NCBI RefSeq assembly: GCF_963976445.1
Contig: NZ_CAXBKP010000008.1
Location: 42,026 to 106,025 of the forward strand
Length of the DNA: 64,000 nt
Reading direction: 5' to 3'
Source of the DNA: an uncultured Gimesia sp.
Lineage (GTDB): Bacteria > Planctomycetota > Planctomycetia > Planctomycetales > Planctomycetaceae
Below are positions 1-9,267 of this stretch, piece by piece (within the stretch, counting starts at the first letter, position 1; every line of letters starts with the position of its first letter). Both the position numbers and the translations under genes were made by a program. A model generated the notes under the pieces. It was not told where the DNA came from and searched no databases. It saw nothing but the letters and a program-made list of their open reading frames with translations.

Positions 1-93
1 ACAGCAACCGATCCTGCGGATGCGAACCACGATGCTTACGCCGGTCAGGCATGAACTGGGCCAATCGTCAGAATAGAAATGACATCTTTGTGA

Positions 94-123
94 ACTTCGC
101 CGCTCGGATACATCGGATTGTCA
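94..123 (-). repeat. Left half of a degenerate attC-like site overlapping the stop codon of 121..756
   Basis: Minus strand reads TGACAATCCGATGTATCCGAGCGGCGAAGT from the stop codon. It aligns loosely with the site at 781..826. No convincing right arm was seen. Confidence 0.3.
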
Positions 124-756
124 ACTCATCCCAGAATCCATGTCGCGCCATGTTTCCACCGCACTACGGACACCTTTGACGAGCAAGTCGTGTCGTTCCG
201 GTCCTACGGCTTGTTGCATCAGGCTGAAGACATCTACAACAGCCGTCACATTCTGGGCCGCTTCCGCCAGCCAGTCGCGAAGCTGCTCGGAGTCCTCGGG
301 GGGATCATCCCAACCCTCGGGGTCATATCCCGCGAGAAACCAGGCCATGAAAGCAGCGTCCCCCAGTGGCGTATGAGCAGACTGCGGCATGTTTCTTACC
401 AGGCTCCACCACAGATCGCCGAGGCGTCGCAAGTCGTCCACCGATTGCGCACTCTCCAGCCAGATGTGTAATTCTGCCAGTACCCTCTCTACAAACTCGA
501 CATCCGCACGTTCCGGGGGTGCTTCACTCAGGGCAGCTTCAATTACGGCTACGGCAGCAATCACCGCCGGCTCCTTCCCTAGCTCAATCAGTATGATCGC
601 CCAGTCGGCCAGCTCTCCCGTTGGCAAGGCGCGCTCCGGGAAACACAAAGCCTCCACCAACATTGCGTCACGTTCTGTCAGTGAAAGTCCTGTCTCGAGA
701 GGCTGAGGTGGTTGACCGAGCCTTCCCAATGCGCGGTCGATCATTTCGTAGTCCAT
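121..756 (-). CDS. Hypothetical protein (orphan, acidic, helical)
   Basis: Long ORF (211 aa from the ATG at 756; the track starts at TTG 765). No motif recognised. Confidence 0.7.
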   Translation of the reverse strand: MDYEMIDRALGRLGQPPQPLETGLSLTERDAMLVEALCFPERALPTGELADWAIILIELGKEPAVIAAVAVIEAALSEAPPERADVEFVERVLAELHIWLESAQSVDDLRRLGDLWWSLVRNMPQSAHTPLGDAAFMAWFLAGYDPEGWDDPPEDSEQLRDWLAEAAQNVTAVVDVFSLMQQAVGPERHDLLVKGVRSAVETWRDMDSGMS

Positions 757-780
757 GTGTTGCAAGATCCCAGACGTTTT

Positions 781-826
781 AGCTAACAGAGCCGCTCGCG
801 GCTCCGCTTTCCTGCCATTGTTATTC
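781..826 (-). repeat. Short attC-like site / palindromic hairpin after the stop of 821..1348
   Basis: Minus strand GAATAAC-AATGGCAGGAAAGCG-GAGCCGC-GA-GCGGCTC-T-GTTAGCT: an AAC end overlapping the stop codon, an internal palindrome and a GTT end. Confidence 0.35.
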
Positions 827-1348
827 GACGATACTGACCATGCCGAGTGATTTGGTTTTTGCGATTAGCTCATCTGTAGAGTCAAATTTTAGTGAATTCT
901 CAACATGCAGTACTCGGCCATTTTTGCACCACACAAGTTCTCCATATCCGTGAACGAGGGACGCCCCATTCTTCAATTCCTCAAGTTTTTTCCAGCCGGG
1001 CAGTGAGCGAAGTGGTTTGTAGCCTTGAGTAACTGGCGTGCAGTCAATGTAGCGAAATGCGAGGTCGCTCTTCGGGTATCGGGTTTTGTAGTCGCGTTCA
1101 AATTCAGCAAAACGTTTACGCTGAAAAACCATAAAAGCCCAATCGACGTGGACCAGGAAAATCGTTTCAGAGTGAGAAGTTGCCTCAGCTACAGCACGCT
1201 GCACATCCTCGGCAGTCTTAAGTTGAGAAAACGTGAATTCCTGCATTAGTTCAACAGCCTGACCCTCAGGTTCCATGCGATCACAACCCGGCAAAGCGGA
1301 AAAAGACAAGGCAAATAAAAGCACGGAATGTAGCGAACATTGCGTCAT
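821..1348 (-). CDS. Hypothetical lipoprotein, possibly thioredoxin-like fold
   Basis: 175 aa with a hydrophobic N-terminus and lipobox-like ALPGC. Confidence 0.7.
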   Translation of the reverse strand: MTQCSLHSVLLFALSFSALPGCDRMEPEGQAVELMQEFTFSQLKTAEDVQRAVAEATSHSETIFLVHVDWAFMVFQRKRFAEFERDYKTRYPKSDLAFRYIDCTPVTQGYKPLRSLPGWKKLEELKNGASLVHGYGELVWCKNGRVLHVENSLKFDSTDELIAKTKSLGMVSIVE

Positions 1349-1633
1349 ATCTTAGGCGAACACCTTGAATTAGACTGAAATATTTCGATAGAACCCATTA
1401 TCGGCAGAGCTGGTGAAATTTTGTTTAACAGGATATGAATTGTCAAGCGAAATCTGAGGAAAGGGCTAAGTGAGCTGGAAAAGGCTCAGATCTCTTTGAT
1501 CTCTGTTCGCTAAGACGGCTTCCTGTCCATTCACCACTGCGGACAGTTGGCGGAAAATCAGTTCCTCTTCTGTGGCGTTCGGTCTCAAGTTCGGTTTAAT
1601 CAGAGCGATTGCTGTAGCACCTTGAACCGCTGG

Positions 1634-1927
1634 CTAGATTTTTCGAATCTCATAAGTAATTTTGCGGTGCAGTTCGTCATTTGGATTTTGCCACTCGCTG
1701 ACCCGACGCACGTGGCCTGCCCTTTCCAGAGTCTCTAGATCAGAGAGCTGCCACTTCGCTGGAAATGTCGTTGATAAGTCCTGGCCGGCTACTTCAATCC
1801 AGTGATATTGCCCAAACGGAAGATACCCCAGCCACTCAGTAACGTACGTGAATTGTCGCGACGGCTCACCTGCCAGCGCAGACAGCAATTGCTTGAGGAA
1901 TTCATGTTGTAGCTTTGTCAAATCCAT
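1634..1927 (-). CDS. Hypothetical protein (orphan)
   Basis: 97-aa ORF with ATG start, same orientation as its neighbours, no motif. Confidence 0.6.
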   Translation of the reverse strand: MDLTKLQHEFLKQLLSALAGEPSRQFTYVTEWLGYLPFGQYHWIEVAGQDLSTTFPAKWQLSDLETLERAGHVRRVSEWQNPNDELHRKITYEIRKI

Positions 1928-2025
1928 AAAGCATCACTTGAGTTAGACTGAATGATTTCAGTAGGGGTACAATAATAGGCAGGTCTCATTAATAATGCGC
2001 CCTACTCATCCTTTTAGCTTGTCGG

Positions 2026-2052
2026 GTGACACCGTGGCTTGCTCAACAGTGA
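2026..2052 (-). repeat. Degenerate REP-like copy, inverted relative to 2204..2263
   Basis: Minus strand TCACTGTTGAGCAAGCCACGGTGTCAC resembles TCACTGTCGGGCAAGCCGACAGTGGCAC. Confidence 0.55.
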
Positions 2053-2203
2053 TTACGCTTTATGGTTCAGGTCGGTTTTTCCTTGCTCGGGTGAAGGTAA
2101 GTAATTTGTTAATCTTAAAGACGAGATAATCATCGTGATTTCAATCAACATCATTTAAATGCTCTCCAATGACTGTCAAAATACAGTTGAATCAAAGTGA
2201 GTC

Positions 2204-2263
2204 TTCTCACTGTCGGGCAAGCCGACAGTGGCACACAACACAGTAAATACACTATAAAACAAG
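2204..2263 (+). repeat. REP-like palindromic repeat, copy 1
   Basis: Hairpin CACTGTCGG-GCAAG-CCGACAGTG (2208-2230) plus a tail gcacacaacacagtaaatacactataaaacaag. Near-identical to 5109..5169. Confidence 0.8.
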
Positions 2264-2320
2264 TGTGAAACAATAACATCTGGAAAAACACAAAAGCCCC
2301 CTGTTCAACGACACCGTCGA

Positions 2321-3934
2321 TCAGACTTCGATCGACTCGATCTCCGATACGAACCGACCTGCATCCTTACCCACAAACGAGGAGACCACGTTGAACACGG
2401 CGTCACTGAAGCCGCCGATGTTCAGGATGTCGTCTCGTTCCGGAGCCTGCGTTGAACCGTAAGGCTGGATGTCGATACAAACCAGCTTCGGATCAACCAC
2501 ACCAAGCCGCCTCTGGTTCTTCACGAACGTCTGCCACTCGGCCATCACACCGGTCGAACCATAGTGGCCCGCGCCAACCCAGCTCTCGTTGTCGCTCACC
2601 AGCACACAACCGGCAAACGCGCGTTTGCTCAATCGTGCATTGGCTTCGCGGAGCGGAACCGAACAGTCGGTTCCGCCGCCGCCGAACTTCGCCAGTCGCT
2701 CTGACAGACTCAGGATTGAGTCGGACGCATCAAAGCGAACGTCGTACGCCCGGGTATCGAACGGAATCACCACGCTGTCCGGATTACGCCGCAGAATGGC
2801 CGCCGCAAACAACGCCGCCACATCCACACAGCGCATCTTGCTGACAGCACCACGGCCCTGCCAACCCGTCGCAGGCGAACTCATCGAATAGGACGTATCC
2901 AAACCGATGACCACAGGCTCCACCAACTCCGGCACATTACCGCAGGCGATCTCAGCTGCAGTATGCAGGGCTGCTTTGATCTTGTGCGGAATTTCCGACG
3001 CCACATTCAGGTACGCTGCCAGGAACTGGTACGGAAACTGCCGTGAACGACGGATTGCCTTTTCGTCCGTCAATCGTTCGGCCACGTAATCCACCAGCGC
3101 ACTGTCTTTGAACACCTCGTGACGCAACAGCGTGTTAAGGTTCATCCGCAGCGCCTGCGGTCCCATCTGTCGGGCAATCGCCTTCCAGACCAACGGACCT
3201 TTGGCCGCATCGGCCAGCAGATCCCAACGCACAGACAGATCTTTCACAATCTCCGCCTGCGCTGCGTCCGTTTCTGCCTGTCGATATGCGATCAACGCCT
3301 GCACCTGTGCTGGCAGGTCAGCTTCCGTTGCAGGAGCCCACTTTTCAAGCTCCTTACCCGTCAGCCAACCAAACAGCGCACGTCGCGCATTGTCTTTTGG
3401 CGTTGGTCGCGCCATTCGCAACACATCGCGCAGACTCGGATCGTTGCCGATCGAAGCTGACAGCAACTTACCCACCGATGCCTCGTTCAGCCAGCGTTGA
3501 TACGCGCGCTGCAGACTAGACGACAAACTGCTACGACCGAACTGCCCCGAACGGATCATCTGGAACATCGTGCGCAGCACGCGGCCATTGTCCACCACCC
3601 GATCGAACACACGGTGCAGCAATTCGGTATTCCGCTTCGACAGAACCACCAACAACGCCGCCGGCATATCCTTCATGAAGGCACGCTCACGCGCGTAAAC
3701 CGCCAGCTGCGCCAGGAAGCGATTGTCATCGACCTGATCGATCAGTTTGTGTATCTCATCCAGCTGGCTCTGCGCGCTCGCATAGAACACGCCGTTGAAG
3801 CAGCCGGTGGCCGCCATCTGTGCCAGTGCCTGCTTCGGTGTGAACTTGTATGCCAGGCCTCCCGCTTCGTTGCGCGCGTTCGCGCGTGGCAGGTTACTTT
3901 TGCGACTGGAAAATAACGTTTTGTTGGCCATCAT
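2321..3934 (-). CDS. rsr: Ro60/Rsr TROVE-domain RNA-binding protein with C-terminal vWA domain
   Basis: 537 aa. TROVE hallmarks: N-terminal NEAGG.AY, AVYARE...[28 protein letters not shown]. vWA MIDAS-like DTSYSM, GGGTD and SDNE motifs. RBS AAAGGAGG at 3944-3937. Confidence 0.92.
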   Translation of the reverse strand: MMANKTLFSSRKSNLPRANARNEAGGLAYKFTPKQALAQMAATGCFNGVFYASAQSQLDEIHKLIDQVDDNRFLAQLAVYARERAFMKDMPAALLVVLSKRNTELLHRVFDRVVDNGRVLRTMFQMIRSGQFGRSSLSSSLQRAYQRWLNEASVGKLLSASIGNDPSLRDVLRMARPTPKDNARRALFGWLTGKELEKWAPATEADLPAQVQALIAYRQAETDAAQAEIVKDLSVRWDLLADAAKGPLVWKAIARQMGPQALRMNLNTLLRHEVFKDSALVDYVAERLTDEKAIRRSRQFPYQFLAAYLNVASEIPHKIKAALHTAAEIACGNVPELVEPVVIGLDTSYSMSSPATGWQGRGAVSKMRCVDVAALFAAAILRRNPDSVVIPFDTRAYDVRFDASDSILSLSERLAKFGGGGTDCSVPLREANARLSKRAFAGCVLVSDNESWVGAGHYGSTGVMAEWQTFVKNQRRLGVVDPKLVCIDIQPYGSTQAPERDDILNIGGFSDAVFNVVSSFVGKDAGRFVSEIESIEV

Positions 3935-3955
3935 AGCCTCCTTTCAAAATAGGGG

Positions 3956-3996
3956 TCCGACGAAAACAGGATCAGTCAACGTTGACTGCAGTCGAA
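3956..3996 (-). promoter_or_regulatory. Miniature Y-RNA-like hairpin in the rsr 5' leader
   Basis: TTCGAC-TG-CAGTCAACGTTGACTG-ATCCTGT-TTTC-GTCGGA. The closing stem and flanks repeat the CGACTG.../...TTCGTCG motif of the upstream units around a perfect 16-bp palindrome (3973-3988). Confidence 0.45.
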
Positions 3997-4008
3997 CCAT
4001 GTAAGCAG

Positions 4009-4148
4009 CACTCGACGAAGTAATGGGCAGAGTTTTCCCTGTGACGTCGCACGCGCGGATCACAAGGTCCGAACCAAATTGAAAAGTTAAGTGGGCCGGG
4101 CAGGATTTGAACCAGCTTTGCCATGTACTCCACTCCGGCAGTCGAGTG
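4009..4148 (-). ncRNA. Y RNA-like unit Y4 (YrlA-like; D arm replaced by a longer hairpin)
   Basis: 8-bp terminal stem CACTCGAC/GTCGAGTG, 5' motif TGCCGGAGTGGAGTACATG, 3' motif ACTCTG...CTTC, T arm GCTGG-TTCAAAT-CCTGC. Lies immediately upstream of rsr. Confidence 0.8.
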
Positions 4149-4164
4149 AGTTTTGTTAAAAAAT

Positions 4165-4298
4165 GATCGACGAAGTTGTTGAACCAGAGTTTTTTTCCAA
4201 TGCTCTGCCAATTGAGCTACAGCGTGGCATGCTTAAACAGGGAACGCTGGTGGGGCTCGAACCCACAATAGTCATGTACTCCCATTCGGCAGTCGATC
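4165..4298 (-). ncRNA. yrlA: Y RNA-like unit Y3 (YrlA-type tRNA mimic)
   Basis: Stem GATCGAC/GTCGATC and motif TGCCGAATGGGAGTACATG. T arm GTGGG-TTCGAGC-CCCAC precedes a loop-closed acceptor stem CAGCGT/ACGCTG and D arm TAGCTC-AATTGGCA-GAGC, the permuted order known for YrlA. Confidence 0.85.
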
Positions 4299-4354
4299 CT
4301 GTTTAAAGTGACGTTGTAGTCCTCTCAGAAAGTCAATATTTCAGTTTCAAAAAA

Positions 4355-4497
4355 GACCGACGAAGTTGTGTACCAGAGTTTTTACGGTGCTCTAACCTTT
4401 GAGCTACGGCGCGACACGCTTTGTGAAATAGCGCCGGTGGGACTCGAACCCACAACCACCGGGATCTAAACCATGTACTCCAGTTCGGCAGTCGGTC
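4355..4497 (-). ncRNA. yrlA: Y RNA-like unit Y2 (YrlA-type tRNA mimic)
   Basis: Stem GACCGAC/GTCGGTC, motif TGCCGAACTGGAGTACATG pairing with ACTCTGG, T arm GTGGG-TTCGAGT-CCCAC, loop-closed acceptor CGGCGC/GCGCCG, D arm TAGCTC-AAAGGTTA-GAGC. Confidence 0.85.
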
Positions 4498-4553
4498 CTG
4501 TTTGAAAGTGATCATGTTATCCCAACGAATTGTTGGATTTTTATTACAACCTT

Positions 4554-4620
4554 CCAACGAAGGATTTGCTCAGACACGGGTTCTTTTTTACAGAAAGATG
4601 TAGTCCGAGCCGGCAGTTGG
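4554..4620 (-). ncRNA. Short Y RNA-like unit Y1 without a tRNA-like domain
   Basis: CCAAC-TGCCG-GCTCGGAC-TACAT...GTCTGAGC-AAATC-CTTC-GTTGG. Same stem, internal loop and ACAT signature as Y2-Y4, but capped by a simple hairpin. Confidence 0.7.
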
Positions 4621-4628
4621 TCGGTTTA

Positions 4629-4700
4629 AGACGCCAGTGGGAGTCGAACCCAGTTCCGACTGCTTTGCAGGCAGCCGCCCGACCATCAGGTTCCAGCGTC
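4629..4700 (-). tRNA. tRNA-Cys(GCA), non-canonical core, no encoded CCA
   Basis: GACGCTG GA ACCT GATGGTC GGGC G GCTGC CTGCAAA GCAGT CGGAA CTGGG TTCGACT CCCAC TGGCGTC T. U73 discriminator fits Cys. A10-C25 and C49-C65 are mismatched. Confidence 0.8.
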
Positions 4701-4707
4701 AGTGAAG

Positions 4708-4780
4708 TGCCCCCGTCAGGAATTGAACCTGATCTACGAGCTTCGCGGGCTCGCGTGCGAATCCGGCACACTCCAGGGAC
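4708..4780 (-). tRNA. tRNA-Arg(GCG), non-canonical core, C33, no encoded CCA
   Basis: GTCCCTG GA GTGT GCCGGATTC GCAC G CGAGC CCGCGAA GCTCG TAGA TCAGG TTCAATT CCTGA CGGGGGC A. All four stems pair, and A20 and C35 Arg identity elements are present. Confidence 0.8.
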
Positions 4781-4793
4781 CTCATATTCTCAG

Positions 4794-4864
4794 TACCTCG
4801 CCAGGGAGTTGAACCCCGTCTTATGGATTAGAAGACCACCGTGCGTCCATCACACTCGCAAGGC
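4794..4864 (-). tRNA. tRNA-Arg(TCT), non-canonical core, no encoded CCA
   Basis: GCCTTGC GA GTGT GATGGAC GCAC G GTGGT CTTCTAA TCCAT AAGA CGGGG TTCAACT CCCTG GCGAGGT A. A20 is present and there is a T31-T39 mismatch. Confidence 0.75.
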
Positions 4865-5108
4865 ATCCCATTATTAAGAACCAACGAAATCACAATCGCT
4901 GGCTGCCGATGAAAGACAGTGCACCATCGCCGGCGGTTCGCACCTTTCAGAAATCTTTCTGTCAGTTTCGCAGAATCAGCATGCGACGATGTCGGAAAAG
5001 GAGAGGCATAAAAAAAGGGATGAGGTAAAATCACTCACACAAGGTATCAGCGTTGTGTGCTACGGTTAGCATGTCCAATCGTGATTTCGATTCAAGTTTG
5101 AGTCTGTT

Positions 5109-5169
5109 TTCTCACTGTCGGGCCAGCCGACAGTGACACACGACACGGTAATTACATCTACAAAACAAG
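5109..5169 (+). repeat. REP-like palindromic repeat, copy 2
   Basis: TCACTGTCGG-GCCAG-CCGACAGTGA hairpin plus a tail similar to 2204..2263. Confidence 0.8.
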
Positions 5170-5191
5170 CCTTAAATGACCACACATGTAG

Positions 5192-5231
5192 AAACAAAAA
5201 GCCCCTGGTCCGATTTCTCAGACCAGGGGCT
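5192..5231 (-). terminator. Intrinsic terminator of katG
   Basis: 11-bp stem AGCCCCTGGTC/GACCAGGGGCT followed on the minus strand by TTTTGTTT, ~60 nt after the katG stop. Confidence 0.8.
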
Positions 5232-5294
5232 CGTTTCATTGACCGTCTCGAGTTTCCACTCGAATCGTCATTTATCAATCACTCACTCAAAAGA

Positions 5295-7724
<2,430 letters not shown>

Positions 7725-7763
7725 TCATTAATCCTCTTTATACATTATGGACACTTCCACCTA

Positions 7764-7800
7764 ATAGTTCCAATGCATTCTTGTAATGGTTGCCATGCAC
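7764..7800. promoter_or_regulatory. Candidate OxyR/LysR-type binding site upstream of katG
   Basis: ATAG-ttccaat-GCAT-tcttgta-ATGG-ttgccat-GCAC matches the 37-bp ATAG-N7-CTAT-N7-ATAG-N7-CTAT spacing, with partial identity only. Confidence 0.4.
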
Positions 7801-8348
7801 CGAAAGCATGGATGAAACCCAATACGTTACCCGCCAGTCAGCAGGTGTTGCCGTGTGACAGGCGTTGTTTTTTTCGCTTTCGTTTCATTTTCTTCCTCAT
7901 CAAAACGACCCCAAAAACCCCTAACCTGTTCTACAACAATGACTTGCCAACTACAGCTGTGCTTCATCCATTTGAAGTTCTACCGCAAAAAGCAATGACG
8001 ACACGATCCTGAGTGACCTGTTTGAAAACCAGGCTCGCGTCAAATTTGGGAATATCGCCCGGTTAAAGACTCCCCAAATGAGAATCACGTTTTTGCAAGG
8101 TATGAGATCAATTTGAGGCCGAACACTCTTAGCGTGATCCAGACTGTGCGCGGATGCCGTTCGGCTTTGACGTGCCCTCGTTGTCGCCATGAACCAACAG
8201 TGGCGAGCGATTGAAATTCCCGCAACCATTCCAATGCCAATCAGCTAGATGCTTCTTTACAAAAGGGCTATAAAGACCTGTCCAGAATATCCGAAACCAG
8301 CCCCACTTAAATGCGGCTCAAATTAGAACTACTATAAAGGTTGAAGTT

Positions 8349-8825
8349 ATGACGACAAATCCATTTCATGCCGTTGAACTCAAGAAATCTGATGCTCTGA
8401 AAATCATAAACTCCCTTGACGATATTAATCTCCGGGATGAGCTGGGGGCAACTTTATTACATTCCGCTATTGCTTATGACAATACTCCGATTGGGCTTAA
8501 ATTAATTAAAAAGGGTATCGACGTGAATGCAATAACTAAGAAAGGTCTAACCCCTCTGCATTTTTGTGCCATTTATCAGAACACCGAATTAACGAAAGCA
8601 ATCCTGGAGAATGGTGGGGACCCTTCGATAGCAGACCAAAATGGAAACACCCCTTTGTTGGATGCTGTTGGAGAACCAAAGGGAACCTATGAATTTTTAA
8701 AGTTGTTAGCCGACTTCTGTAGTCCGGAGCTAGCTTACCAAAATAATAATTATGGTATTTCACCAATTGATTTAGCAAAAAACAAGAACGATGCTGAAGC
8801 AGTCAAAATCATGACTTCTAATTAA
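8349..8825 (+). CDS. Ankyrin-repeat protein (possible immunity protein)
   Basis: Repeats G.TLLHSA, G.TPLHFC, GNTPLLDA, GISPIDLA. AT-rich. Confidence 0.85.
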   Translation: MTTNPFHAVELKKSDALKIINSLDDINLRDELGATLLHSAIAYDNTPIGLKLIKKGIDVNAITKKGLTPLHFCAIYQNTELTKAILENGGDPSIADQNGNTPLLDAVGEPKGTYEFLKLLADFCSPELAYQNNNYGISPIDLAKNKNDAEAVKIMTSN

Positions 8826-8842
8826 ACCGAAATCTATTGAAC

Positions 8843-9244
8843 GAAGACGATAAAGGGATCGGGGCCAGAATAATCGAGATCTGTCCCTTAAAAGTGACTT
8901 CTTAAATTAAATGGTGAAAGATTTATTGCACCACATTTCCCGCCAATTGGAACTGAATTACGATGGCATATACACCAAATGATTTTAAAAACGATGTTCT
9001 TAAAGAAATTGAAAAAGGATATGCCCCAGTTCGAATTGCGGAATTTGCCCAAGGCATTTATGAAGAACTGGATGTTGACTCTTCTACTGAATTTTTTTAT
9101 CGCATTCAAGGTGTAATGATGATGGAAATGGGCCCAGAATTTGTAATGACTGAAACTCAATTAAGAAATTACTTGGATAAAATCGTAGAAGATTTGAGCG
9201 AAGATTAACCTGAGTGTTTTCAAGAAGACGACAAAGGGATCAGG
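8843..9244 (+). repeat. Two ~20-bp direct repeats (8843-8862 and 9224-9244), each just after a small gene
   Basis: gaagacgaTaaagggatcGg versus gaagacgaCaaagggatcAgg. The first continues into an imperfect aaggga...tccctt inverted repeat. Confidence 0.6.
8963..9208 (+). CDS. Small acidic protein, putative polymorphic-toxin immunity protein
   Basis: 81 aa, AT-rich, with an MEMGPEF..TE..L pattern recalled from small immunity-like proteins. No search was run. Confidence 0.6.
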   Translation: MAYTPNDFKNDVLKEIEKGYAPVRIAEFAQGIYEELDVDSSTEFFYRIQGVMMMEMGPEFVMTETQLRNYLDKIVEDLSED

Positions 9245-9267
9245 TGATCGAGAACATTCAGAATTGT

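Noticed and set aside
3964-4306. 9-10 bp complementarities between the Y3 leader and the Y3 loop (4233-4241) or the mini-hairpin (3964-3973), suggesting a switch
   Set aside because: About 0.4 perfect 10-mers are expected by chance in ~900 nt, and Y2 does not show the same pairing.
4165-4497. Calling Y2 and Y3 ordinary or pseudo tRNA genes
   Set aside because: The T arm precedes the D arm, the acceptor stem is closed by a loop, and there is no anticodon loop.
4009-4620. CRISPR array or toxin-antitoxin type III repeat interpretation of the repeated motifs
   Set aside because: The repeats are paired halves of stems enclosing tRNA-like arms, not identical direct repeats with unique spacers. 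No cas or toxin gene is adjacent.
3972-4877. Track ORFs 3972..4211, 4333..4557, 4530..4877 and 4544..4771
   Set aside because: They overlap the tRNA and Y-RNA genes and have no protein-like features. They are shadows of structured RNA.
4948-4994. Short palindromes upstream of the tRNAs (CAGAAA-TC-TTTCTG; CGAC-GAT-GTCG) as operator or sigma-54 sites
   Set aside because: Too short, no correctly spaced -24/-12 motif, and no cognate regulator in the window.
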